From Acidimicrobiia bacterium (GTDB taxonomy: Bacteria; Actinomycetota; Acidimicrobiia; Spongiisociales; ZC4RG35), in contig OZ244034.1 of the NCBI GenBank assembly GCA_965215185.1, positions 2,304,001-2,368,000 of the forward strand: a DNA stretch of 64,000 nt, read 5' to 3'. The position numbers and the translations under genes are program-made. Below are positions 19,966 through 31,511 of the stretch, in pieces. The number at the start of each line of letters is the position of its first letter. The first letter of the stretch is position 1. The notes under the pieces are model-generated. The model saw only the letters and a program-made list of their open reading frames with translations. It was not told where the DNA came from and ran no database searches.

Positions 19966-20946
19966 ATGAAGTTCGGGATCCTCATTAATCATCAGTTTTC
20001 GCGGGATGATTCGCTGGAGACTCGGCTGGAGGAGACCGTGGAACTGGTTACCGCCGCTGCCGAATTGGGACTCGACTCGGTATTCGGAATACATCACTAT
20101 CTGGCGCGTTTGCAGACCCCCCAGCCCTTGACGCTCCTAGCGCGCCTCATCCCGGTTTCCGGAGATATGGAGTTGGGAACGGGCGTTTACATCAGCACCC
20201 TGGCCCATCCCGTTCACATAGCCGAGGAGGTGGCCACCCTCGACCAACTATCAGGTGGCCGGGTGATACTGGGAGTGGGGGCCGGGTATCGACACGACGA
20301 GTTCCAAAGCTTCGGGGTGAACTCCAAAACCAGGGGTAGGCGGTTCGTGGAGTCTCTAGAGGTGCTTCGGGCACTGTGGTCGGGAAAGCCCGTGACCTAT
20401 GAGGGAGAGTTCTATCGGCTGGAAGACCAGACCATCAGCTTTCCTCCCGCCCAACCCGGCGGCCCTCCCCTGTGGATAGGCGCCAACGCTCCTGGCACCA
20501 TCCTGCGCGCCGCTCGGATCGGCGACGCCTGGCTGCCCTCCCCCAATGTGAAACCGCGCTGGGCGATCGGCAATCTGGAGAACTTTCGACAGGAGGCGCA
20601 GGCTCATGGTCGGCTCGATCAGATCCGACGGTACCCGATTCTGAGGGAGATGTACGTCTCGACCGACCGCGCCCAGGCTGAACAAGAGGCCGGTCGCTTC
20701 ATTCGAGATGAATACCTCCACTACTCGGGCTATCGCCTGGAATTCTTCGACACCATGTTCGATGACCTGCGGCAAAAGGCCTTCCTGTGGGGTTCGCCCG
20801 ACGACATATCAGCCGGGATAGACAACCTGGCCCAGGCCGGGTTCGATCACTTCATGTTCCGGATGTCCTGGCTGGGAATGCCGTTGTCGCTAACCATGAA
20901 AAGCCTCGAACTGTTGGCCCGGGAAGTTATACCCCGCTTCCGGTAG
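19966..20946 (+). CDS. LLM flavin-dependent oxidoreductase (tandem copy 1)
   Basis: HPVHIAEEVATLDQLSGGRVILGVGAGYR. Confidence 0.9.
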   Translation: MKFGILINHQFSRDDSLETRLEETVELVTAAAELGLDSVFGIHHYLARLQTPQPLTLLARLIPVSGDMELGTGVYISTLAHPVHIAEEVATLDQLSGGRVILGVGAGYRHDEFQSFGVNSKTRGRRFVESLEVLRALWSGKPVTYEGEFYRLEDQTISFPPAQPGGPPLWIGANAPGTILRAARIGDAWLPSPNVKPRWAIGNLENFRQEAQAHGRLDQIRRYPILREMYVSTDRAQAEQEAGRFIRDEYLHYSGYRLEFFDTMFDDLRQKAFLWGSPDDISAGIDNLAQAGFDHFMFRMSWLGMPLSLTMKSLELLAREVIPRFR

Positions 20947-20949
20947 GTT

Positions 20950-21125
20950 GTTACCCTGCCGCTGGGACCGGTCCATCACGTCTCCATTTCAGTCACCCAC
21001 TTGGACCGCCCCATATCTACCGGATGACCCAGGGCCAAATGAGCGCTGGGCGATCTGGCTGAGGAGATTGGCCACCTTTGAATCGGGCCGCCGACCCGTT
21101 TTCATCCGCGCTCGCGACCTTCCCT
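20950..21125 (+). pseudogene. Relic of a VOC gene 5' end fused to an ECH gene 3' end (duplication scar)
   Basis: 20956-21025 resembles 22125-22200; 21050-21140 resembles 19878-19968. Confidence 0.7.
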
Positions 21126-21138
21126 AATCTCGGTGCCC

Positions 21139-22116
21139 ATGAAGTTCGGGATCCTTCTCAGCAATCAGTATCCGCGGACCGATTCACTGTCCACACGTTT
21201 GCAGCAGACCGTGGAATTGGTTACCGCCGCTGCGGAACTGGGATACGACTCGCTGTTTGGCGTACATCACTACCTGGGTCGTTTGCAAATGCCCCAGCCT
21301 TTGACGTTGCTGGCGCGCCTCATCCCGGCTTCCGGAGACATGACGCTGGGAACCGGAATCTTCATCGGTACCTTGGCCCATCCCGTTCACATCGCCGAAG
21401 AGGTGGCTACCCTCGACCAACTTTCAGGAGGCCGGATCATTCTGGGAGTTGGCGCCGGATACCGTCACCACGAGTTCCAAAGCTTCGGCGTGGACCCCAA
21501 AACCGTAGGCAGGCGGTTCGTCGAATCCCTGGAGGTGCTTCGGGCGCTGTGGTCGGGGAAGCCCGTGTCCCACCAGGGAGAGTTCTTTCAACTCGTGGAC
21601 CAGACCATCAGCGTTCCCCCTGCACAACCCGGCGGGCCTCCCCTCTGGGTAGGCGCCGGTGTTCCGGCCACCATTCTTCGCGCGGCCCGGATCGGTGACG
21701 CCTGGCTTCCCTCACCCCACGCAAAACCGCGCTGGGTCATCGGAAATCTGGAGAACTTCCGCCGAGAAGCGCAGGCCCACGGACGGCTGGGGCAGATCCA
21801 AAGCTATCCGATCATCAGGGAGACCTACGTCTCGACCAGCCGCGCCCAGGCCGAAAAAGAGGCGGGGCGCTTTATCAGGGACGAGTACGTCGACTACTCC
21901 CGTTACCTCGAGTTCTTCGACACCATGTTCGACGACCTGCGGCAAAAGGCCTTCCTGTGGGGTTCGCCCGACGACATATCAGCCGGGATAGACAACCTGG
22001 CCGCGGCCGGATTCGATCATTTCATCTTCCGCATGTCCTGGCTGGGAATGCCGTTCTCTCTAACCATGAGAAGCCTCGAGATGATGGCCAGAGAAATCAT
22101 TCCCCGATACCGCTAG
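21139..22116 (+). CDS. LLM flavin-dependent oxidoreductase (tandem copy 2)
   Basis: Close paralog of 19966-20946 with long identical stretches (FFDTMFDDLRQKAFLWGSPDDISAGIDNLA). Confidence 0.9.
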   Translation: MKFGILLSNQYPRTDSLSTRLQQTVELVTAAAELGYDSLFGVHHYLGRLQMPQPLTLLARLIPASGDMTLGTGIFIGTLAHPVHIAEEVATLDQLSGGRIILGVGAGYRHHEFQSFGVDPKTVGRRFVESLEVLRALWSGKPVSHQGEFFQLVDQTISVPPAQPGGPPLWVGAGVPATILRAARIGDAWLPSPHAKPRWVIGNLENFRREAQAHGRLGQIQSYPIIRETYVSTSRAQAEKEAGRFIRDEYVDYSRYLEFFDTMFDDLRQKAFLWGSPDDISAGIDNLAAAGFDHFIFRMSWLGMPFSLTMRSLEMMAREIIPRYR

Positions 22117-22124
22117 ATCTCGCC

Positions 22125-22652
22125 ATGCCCCTCGGACCGGTTCACCACGTCACGATTTCGGTCACCGATATGGCGCGATCCATAGCCTTCTACCGGGACG
22201 CTCTTGGCTTCAGGCTCACCATGCAGACCACCGTGAGCGACCCCGAACACGACCTCTACCTCCGGTTGCCCGAGGGCACTTCCGCACAAGTGGCGATCCT
22301 GCAGGCGGGGTCGGTGACCATCGGTGAGGTGGAACTCATCCAGTGGTCTTTTCCCTCGTCGGCGCCCCCTCCAGCCTATCCTCCCAAGCGGCCTGGTGAC
22401 CCCGGACCCTTTCTTCTGGCTTTCGAGGTGACCGGCGAAGAACTGGAGGAGATCTGCGAGCGGTTGACCAGACAAGGGGTGGAGTTCTGGTCGGAACCGA
22501 TCAGCTCCCATATCGACGGATACGGTGATATCAGGGCGGTGGTTTGCGAAGACCCCGACGGGACCATGATCGAACTGCTGACGCTTCCCACCCGTGAGCA
22601 AATACTGAAGACCCGCGCCGCTTACATGCAGCGACAGAAACAACACCCTTAA
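22125..22652 (+). CDS. VOC/glyoxalase family protein
   Basis: HHVTISVTDMARSIAFYRDALG, DPDGTMIEL. Confidence 0.88.
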   Translation: MPLGPVHHVTISVTDMARSIAFYRDALGFRLTMQTTVSDPEHDLYLRLPEGTSAQVAILQAGSVTIGEVELIQWSFPSSAPPPAYPPKRPGDPGPFLLAFEVTGEELEEICERLTRQGVEFWSEPISSHIDGYGDIRAVVCEDPDGTMIELLTLPTREQILKTRAAYMQRQKQHP

Positions 22653-22656
22653 AAGG

Positions 22657-22688
22657 AAAGCGAGCCCCCTTGGAGAGGGCTCGCTTTT
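22657..22688. terminator. Bidirectional intrinsic terminator between convergent genes
   Basis: AAAGCGAGCCC...GGGCTCGCTTTT. Confidence 0.8.
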
Positions 22689-22710
22689 CGCTTTCGAGTT
22701 GGCTAGGGGT

Positions 22711-24402
22711 TTAGCCCATCGAGATCAAGAAGTAGTCGTGCAGGTCATCTCGGGCGGGTACGAACCCATGTACCTGATCGGTGTATCCATAGGAGAGCAC
22801 CTGCTCATACAAGGGAATCCAGCACACCAGATCTATGAGTCCGATTCGGCCCAGTTCGTCATAGGTGGCGTTCCGCTCGCCTGCCTCTGTGGCAGCCAAG
22901 CCCTGGTCGGCCAGGGGGTCGATCCGGCCGTCGGGACAGGTCTTGGTAATGGCGTTGCTGGTCATGAACGCCCGCACCAACACATCCTCGTGGGGGTAGA
23001 CCGGAACTGTGGCGAACATGAACATTCCGTCCAGCTCACCGCCGATCACCTGTCCGAAGAAGGTCCCCACATCCAAAGGATTGCGAGTAACGCTGAACCC
23101 GACTGCCTCCAGCATGCCGGAGATAGCCTCGCCCACATCGGAGTCGCTGGGGTAGCGACCGGTGGTGTAGGTGTAGGTGACAGAAATATCTCCGCCCACC
23201 TCGGCCAACAGTGCGCTCGCTCCATCAGGATCGTATTCAATAGCTTCCTCGTCACCGTCCACGCTTTGGAAGAAGGTGTGGAAGAAACTGGTATTCGGCG
23301 AAGCCCCCGTGCCGTCAAAGATGGCGTCCACCAAGAGCTGTCGGTCGATGGCCTTGGCAGCCGCGGTCCTCACCCTGACATCGTCAAAGGGAGGAGCAGT
23401 GGACACCAAGAAGATGGTCATGTTGGACAGAGCCGCCACCGGGTGGACCGTCAGACCATCCTGGCCGGCTACATCATCCTGGAGTTGGGTGGGCACGTTG
23501 ACCACCAGATCGGCCTGCCCAGTCTGGAGCAGAGCCACTCGGGCGGCGTCGTCGCCAGCCCAAGACCACTCGATTTCATCCAATGACGCTTGGCCTCGCC
23601 AGTGGTCGGGATTGCGGGTCGCCACGATCGACGAACCTGCGTTCCATTCGGAAAGCACAAAAGGACCGGTGCCGATCGGCGCCAAACCGTATTCCTCATG
23701 TCCCACATTTGCGTAATACAGAGGCGGGAACACGTAGAGGTTGGCCAGCAGTTCCGGCACCGCATTGGTGGGGATGGTGGTTGTCACCTCAAAAGTGGTG
23801 TCATCCACCACCAGCACATCTGCGAATACTTGGAAAAAGCCCTTCAACACGGATCCATCGGTGTCACGGTGGGTAGTCAGTGAGAAAGCTGCCGCTTCAG
23901 CTCCGGCCGCCTCGCCGTTGGAGAAGGTTACGCCTTCCCTCATAGTGAACCGCCAGGTGAGGTCGTTAACCCTCTCCCAGCCATTGACCAAGCCGTCGGT
24001 TGAGGGAACCGCGTTTTCGTCGGTTACAACCAGTCGTTCGATAATGGAGATGGCCACAACTTGGTCGGACCGCGTACCGGTCATGGGGTTGAGCGTGGAA
24101 GGCTCAGCGCCGATAACCATACGCATGGTGCCACCCATAGGCATTTCCTCCACTTCGGCGGCCGTAGTCGTGGTGACTGCCTCGGTGGTGTCGGTGGTCA
24201 TGTCCTCTTCGGGCTCTTCTGCGGCTGCAGTGGTATCGGGTGTCTCCTCAACCGCTGGCTCGTCTGGGGCCGCGGTGGTGGTAGGCGCCGGGGCGGCGGT
24301 GGTGGTAGGCGCCGGGGCGGCGTCGTCATCTCCTCCGCAGGCTGCGGCGATTAACCCAAATACCAGCAAGAGCGCAAGCAGGGATCGTGTGGATTTTCTC
24401 AT
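22711..24402 (-). CDS. ABC transporter solute-binding lipoprotein, family 5
   Basis: Lipobox IAAAC, P/T/E-rich linker, REGVTFSNGE, PIGTGPF, DVRVRTA. Confidence 0.92.
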   Translation of the reverse strand: MRKSTRSLLALLLVFGLIAAACGGDDDAAPAPTTTAAPAPTTTAAPDEPAVEETPDTTAAAEEPEEDMTTDTTEAVTTTTAAEVEEMPMGGTMRMVIGAEPSTLNPMTGTRSDQVVAISIIERLVVTDENAVPSTDGLVNGWERVNDLTWRFTMREGVTFSNGEAAGAEAAAFSLTTHRDTDGSVLKGFFQVFADVLVVDDTTFEVTTTIPTNAVPELLANLYVFPPLYYANVGHEEYGLAPIGTGPFVLSEWNAGSSIVATRNPDHWRGQASLDEIEWSWAGDDAARVALLQTGQADLVVNVPTQLQDDVAGQDGLTVHPVAALSNMTIFLVSTAPPFDDVRVRTAAAKAIDRQLLVDAIFDGTGASPNTSFFHTFFQSVDGDEEAIEYDPDGASALLAEVGGDISVTYTYTTGRYPSDSDVGEAISGMLEAVGFSVTRNPLDVGTFFGQVIGGELDGMFMFATVPVYPHEDVLVRAFMTSNAITKTCPDGRIDPLADQGLAATEAGERNATYDELGRIGLIDLVCWIPLYEQVLSYGYTDQVHGFVPARDDLHDYFLISMG

Positions 24403-24491
24403 TATCTGAACTCCGATCGTCGTGTTTTTTTTACGGACGCCAACGTTGGTCGTAATCCCTCCCCGAATATATCACCATCTACGGCAAGAAC

Positions 24492-24509
24492 ATACCGACC
24501 GGTAGGGAT
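24492..24509. promoter_or_regulatory. Pseudo-palindromic putative TetR operator
   Basis: ATACCGACC|GGTAGGGAT upstream of the SBP gene; similar sites at 18316, 45231 and 57813. Confidence 0.5.
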
Positions 24510-24534
24510 ATTTCCAGCCTCCGCTCTCGAGACT

Positions 24535-25392
24535 TTACCCCAGGGTGACGGTGTCCAAATCGTTGGCCACGATCACCTCTCCGGTGTAACCACCGCGGCG
24601 CACATCATCTACAAACCCCTGCCGATCATTCTCGGTGATGGGCTCGGGGATGAGATGGGTCAGCACCAGAGTTGGGATCCCAAGTTCTTGCGCTTGGGAT
24701 CCTATTAAAAATGTGTCGGCGTGATAGTCGAGCACAAAGTGCAGGTAGTCTGGACGAGCCCGGATCAGCTCGAAGCGCATCGCCTCGTAGACCAGAGCAT
24801 CGGCTCCGCCGGCCAGGGTGGCCATCTTCGGACACACCAATGTGTCGCCACTGATGGCCACTGTCCCTGCGGGAGTCTCGATCCGATACCCCACCGCAGG
24901 GAAAACCGGCTCGTGACACACCGGCCCGGCCATCACCCTCACTTCACCCTGGGACCACACCTCGGTCAACGACTCTTCGATCTCAAAGGGTCTTATCTCG
25001 AGCCCGGGACGGGTTCCCCGACAGGTGTGAGCGCTCCGTACCTCCAAATCATGCTCCCAGTGATCAAGCATCCGCTCCAAGAAGTCCCTCGCCGGACCAG
25101 CAGGCGCCAGGATCGGAAGCGGCGGCGCCTCGTCGAGCCGGTCCATGATCCACCGCGACATCACCAGATCCTCCAAACCACTGACATGATCGCTGTGATG
25201 ATGGGTGACAAACACCGCATCCAAGTCAACCGGCGAAACCCCGCAACTCGCCAGGCGCATGGAAGTCGCCCGTCCCGCATCAAACTGCAACGCCACTCCA
25301 TCCGCCCGCACCAGCACTCCGGGTCCCGCCCGATCAGGCGAAGGAGCCGGCATCCCGGTTCCGGTAATCGTTATCAGTGTGGCCACGATCAC
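24535..25392 (-). CDS. MBL-fold metallohydrolase (RNase Z/AtsA-like)
   Basis: ITGTGMP, FDAG, THHHSDH, ISGDT, LVLTHL. Confidence 0.88.
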   Translation of the reverse strand: MIVATLITITGTGMPAPSPDRAGPGVLVRADGVALQFDAGRATSMRLASCGVSPVDLDAVFVTHHHSDHVSGLEDLVMSRWIMDRLDEAPPLPILAPAGPARDFLERMLDHWEHDLEVRSAHTCRGTRPGLEIRPFEIEESLTEVWSQGEVRVMAGPVCHEPVFPAVGYRIETPAGTVAISGDTLVCPKMATLAGGADALVYEAMRFELIRARPDYLHFVLDYHADTFLIGSQAQELGIPTLVLTHLIPEPITENDRQGFVDDVRRGGYTGEVIVANDLDTVTLG

Positions 25393-25553
25393 ACACTACC
25401 CCCCTGACTGTCCGGCTGAAAACCTGCCCCGGGTGGCCCCCCACATCCCTCCTCGGGAGCCCACCCCACTCGGGCTGCGAGGCCCACTCAGCATGATTGT
25501 CACATAGGTCTGCTTGAATTCCAGTGATAGAACTGCGCAGAAATGGAGTGAGG

Positions 25554-26618
25554 ATGCCTGACCACCCAACGGACCAAACGAGGGAGACCAACGGCGGCGT
25601 AGAGGGTCCCGACGCCGCGAATCTGAGCCTGTTCAGCATGGCGCTCTGGGGACCGGACGGGCCACCCGAACGCGTCTTTGGCAGGCATGATTGGGGGTCG
25701 TGCACAGAGGACAACGGACACGATAACGACTGTTTGGGGCATGTCTCATCAATCAGAGAACCCGTAGCGATTCCGCCTCCGAACATGCTCCTCTCCCTAG
25801 ACGAGATGCAGGCCATCGCCTTGGGATATAGGCCCATGGACATGAACGACAAATGGCTCGCGTTCATGGAGAGCGACCGCTTGTTCCTCCATCGGAGTTG
25901 GACCGGTCATGGCGTCTATGAGGTGACGTTCGCGGCCAAGGAGATAGGCTTCGTGATCACCTCAGCAAGAATCGAAGGTGATCCCCGCCGCAAGAAGGGA
26001 AACTTCGACCCGCGTGACTTTGACCCAATCAGCGAGCGCGACAACCTGCGAGACCTGATCGTGCATGTGTCCGGTGAGCCGATGCCCATCTCGTTGCCAA
26101 CGATCGTATCTCGCACCCCCACTCTCCAAGCCGTGTTCGGCGACATCACAGCCGAAGACGTCGACGCTGTCGTCAATGCCGCCAAGACAAGCCTGCTCGG
26201 CGGGGAAGGAGTCAACGGCGCCATTCACCGCGCGGCGGGCCCAGAACTACTCGCTCATTGCAGAACGCTCGACGGTTGTCCCGTCGGGCGCGCCAAGGTA
26301 ACTCCGGGCTACCGGCTGGATGCTCGCTGGGTCATCCACACCGTGGGGCCGCAGTGGCGGGGCGGAACTCACGGCGAACCGGTGTTGCTCGAGTCGTGCT
26401 ACCGCGAGTCCCTCGCACGCGCCGACGAGGTGGGCGCCAGGAGCGTGGCCTTCCCGGCACTCGCGACGGGCGCTCACGGCTATCCACTCAAGGCGGCCGC
26501 AACAACCGCCGTGGACACAGTTCGGTCGACTTCGACCAAGGTGGGCACGATCCGCTTCGTCTGCTTCGACAGGCGAACGCTGAGGACATTCCGGTCCGTA
26601 ATAGACCAAGACAGGTAG
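25554..26618 (+). CDS. Macrodomain (ADP-ribose hydrolase, YmdB/MacroD-like) fused to an N-terminal domain of unknown function
   Basis: [43 protein letters not shown]; N-domain [19 protein letters not shown]. Confidence 0.85.
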   Translation: MPDHPTDQTRETNGGVEGPDAANLSLFSMALWGPDGPPERVFGRHDWGSCTEDNGHDNDCLGHVSSIREPVAIPPPNMLLSLDEMQAIALGYRPMDMNDKWLAFMESDRLFLHRSWTGHGVYEVTFAAKEIGFVITSARIEGDPRRKKGNFDPRDFDPISERDNLRDLIVHVSGEPMPISLPTIVSRTPTLQAVFGDITAEDVDAVVNAAKTSLLGGEGVNGAIHRAAGPELLAHCRTLDGCPVGRAKVTPGYRLDARWVIHTVGPQWRGGTHGEPVLLESCYRESLARADEVGARSVAFPALATGAHGYPLKAAATTAVDTVRSTSTKVGTIRFVCFDRRTLRTFRSVIDQDR

Positions 26619-26762
26619 AGCGCTGACAGCGGGTCTAGAGTCTCGCATCCCTCAGGCCGGGGTGCTGTGCCGACCTCGGCCCTTCCCCGGCCCGGTTTGG
26701 GCCAGCAGCCTTATCGGCTCCGACCAGATCCAGAGCCGCGTGGGTTGGGGAAGCAACCTGGC

Positions 26763-26865
26763 CAACGCCTCGCACGCCGACGACACCCCGCCCGATCAGC
26801 CGAAGGAACCGGCATCCCCGCTCCTGTAATCGTCACCACTGCCGTCACGATCTACGCCCTACCCG
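26763..26865 (-). repeat. Degenerate second copy of the MBL hydrolase 5' end
   Basis: CCCGCCCGATCAGCCGAAGGAACCGGCATCCC..GTAATCGT matches 25325-25400. Confidence 0.7.
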
Positions 26866-26921
26866 TTGGCCAGCTAGGATGAAGTTTCGCGCACAGACAT
26901 TACCTCCAGGAGCGAAAGGCA

Positions 26922-28180
26922 ATGGGCAATACGGGCACGGACGAGGCACGTGGGAGTGTTTACTCAGCGGCCTCGCGGTGGGTAGATCACGCCCTGAGGG
27001 CCGACGATTCACTTTTTACGCCGGGTGAGCCCATCTGGTCGAGCCGGTGGCTCGGGGAACTCCGCAACCGGTACCTGAACCAGCCGGACGAGTCCTCTGA
27101 CGACTTCTACACGAAGCTAAAGCGGCAGTTAGAAGGTAGCCCGCCAGAGGTCTACCAGCTAATGGCCGAGTTACTGTATGTCCACCTTCTCATTGTGCAT
27201 CAAGAATCAATGAAAGGTTCTACGAAAAAGGAGCGGATCAATCGGGTGCTCGGATGGTCAGACAAAGACACGGCGATTCCTCAGGACCTGGTTGACGGTC
27301 TCTCCGTCGGCGTCGCTAACACTGGACCGGCGTTCAACACCCTCCGGCCGTTTCAGATCGGATTCCTTATGGAATTTGCCGAACGATGGAAGGGGCGCAG
27401 GGACGAAGATCGAAAGCATTGCTCGACAATCCCTGGGCCTTCAAGCAGTTCCTGCAGTTTGAGCCCACCAGCCAACTGTTCAAGGATTGGAAGGGCGATG
27501 GGCCCTACCGCGCCCAGTTTCAGGCACTGCTCCATCTCGTCTTTCCTGATACCTTCGAGGCGATACTTTCCATAGCACACAAGGAACAGATCGCCAGCGC
27601 CTTTGCGACAATGGTCACCGAGCTGACCGACGACCGCGACCACCAATTGGCGCAGATACGCATGCGTCTCGAAGCCGAGTATGGAACAGGCTTTAGCTAC
27701 TACCATGACCCGGTTCTTCCAATGTGGAATCCCGTTGAAACCCGAAAGGCTTGGGACAAGTTTATAAAACCCGCTAGCGACTTTATTGGGACAGGGCAAC
27801 TCGACAGCCAGGAGAATGAATACAAAGTAGAGGACGGTCGAAAGCTGGAACAGGCACGCAAGGCGGTGCTGGCTGGGGAAGCTGACTGGCCCGATCTGCT
27901 TAAGAGCGCACTGTCCAGCAATCTCATCACTTGGCGACAGAGATCCAAGCTCCGCGATTGGGTGGATGCATCCCCGGATGACGCCCTGCGTGCATTACAG
28001 ACCATTTGGACAGGGGAACCCTCGTCCGTTTCTTAACGAATTAGAGCCTTCTGCGACCTGCTCCCATCGGAGTTAAGCGGGACAGGAGTCCGTACCAGAA
28101 CTGCATCTTTCTTCAGATTGGGTTCAATGTTTATCGTTATCCGCCGTTCATGATCACTTTGTTCGACAAGGCATACAACC
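26922..28180 (+). pseudogene. McrB-like restriction protein N-terminal region, frameshifted and truncated
   Basis: DDSLFTPGEPIW..YQLMAELLYVHLL..ALLHLVFPDTFEAI recognised from actinobacterial McrB-type proteins; frameshift near 27410, in-frame TAA at 28034, no AAA domain. Confidence 0.55.
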
Positions 28181-28185
28181 CGGGT

Positions 28186-30141
<1,956 letters not shown>

Positions 30142-30179
30142 ACTCTGTTGGGCACCGCCGATAGATCCTTTCCCCGTTC

Positions 30180-30743
30180 GTGGATGAGATAGGCACAGGC
30201 AACGTATACGACGAAGACGGCTCGGGTAGGGCGGCCAACGCTATGCACTTCGGGTACAACTATTCCGGCGATGCCACGGTTCGAGAGCAGCGCGGTTTCG
30301 TGGCATGGCCCCCGGCTGGCTACGTCCCCAGTCAGACTGTCTGGGGACGATGGTCATTCCAACTAATCGCACAAGCCGACTTCACTCGGGCCACAGTGAG
30401 TGTCACAGACGACTACGGGCCCATCCCAGTGAATGTGATTAACCGGGCAGGGGCGTTCGTTTGGGCTGTGCACGGCGACCGGAATTCCCGGGAGTTTCCA
30501 CGGTTCCCTGATCGGGACTACTGCTACAGGGTGACCATCAGCAACGTCACAGTCGCCGGCACAGCCCAGACACCATTCCAGTATGTCACCTGTCTGATCG
30601 ATCCCGGCAATGAAAGCGAGAGCCGAGGTCGTTACCTCTCTCCTCCGGTGTGGTCACCCGACGGCACCCAAATCGCCTACACAAACAACGGCATCTGGAT
30701 CGCGGACACCGACGGCACCGGCCAACAGCAACTCAGCAAATAA
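30180..30743 (+). pseudogene. Fragment of a secreted/surface protein ending in a TolB/PD40-like repeat
   Basis: FVAWPPAGYVP; PVWSPDGTQIAY..IWIADTDG; 5' end cut by the IS3 element. Confidence 0.55.
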
Positions 30744-31049
30744 AGACAGAACCTGCCCCACCCACAATCGGACCGGACGGGCGAGACCTGTCACCAACAC
30801 CGATCCAGACCAACCTCCCCCCACCTCCCCAACACCCAACGAGAAGGACGCGACTGCCCTACTGAGTGAACTGGGCCTCGCCCGGCAGCGGACACCCCTT
30901 CCGCTGTGAGAGCTTGGGTGGTTCCAGCGCCGTCTGGATGCCGGTATGCCCGCGTTGTAGGGGACGGCCTTCTCAGCGGCCGCCAGCTTGTGACCATCGA
31001 GTAGGGAACCCGGCCAGTGGTACCCACCGTACCATTGAGGGTTGTGGTG

Positions 31050-31396
31050 TTAGCCGGCGGCTAGTTCCAGCATCCGTTCGTACATGGCCCGGGCGTCGAG
31101 GCTGGTGTTGTTGTTGACCCAGTCGTGTCCTGGCCGCCCGCGGCCACGTTCGCGTAAGTCTCCGCGGCTGTGCTGATGGCCTGCTCGGGGTGGAACTCAA
31201 CCCCTACCGTGTTGCCCGTAGCGCCCCGTATGTCCTCCGCCCACGGTTCGAGTACCTGGACACGCAGCGGGTGGGCAGCCGGGAACGGATACCCGAAACT
31301 GAGCATCACCGGCTCAGAACCCTCCCCACCAGCACAAGCAGCCGCCACAACACCGGACACCACCAGCACCACCAGAACACGCCACCGGCCGATCAT
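31050..31396 (-). pseudogene. TRAP DctP-type solute-binding lipoprotein with large internal deletion
   Basis: Lipobox VAAAC, FPAAHP..EPWAEDI..TG..TYANVAAG joined out of frame to a C-terminus-like DWV..ARAMYERMLELAAG*. Confidence 0.65.
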
Positions 31397-31511
31397 CAAA
31401 CCCTCGCCCCTGAACAGTCGCTTCACGCTTCCAGACCCTACCCTCCGAAGTGCCATGTCGTTGGAGGACACGCCGATGATTGGCTGCCCGGTGTCGTGGG
31501 TTTGTCGCCGG

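Noticed and set aside
24270-24323. 27-bp tandem repeat in the SBP gene
   Set aside because: Ordinary Pro/Thr/Ala linker duplication
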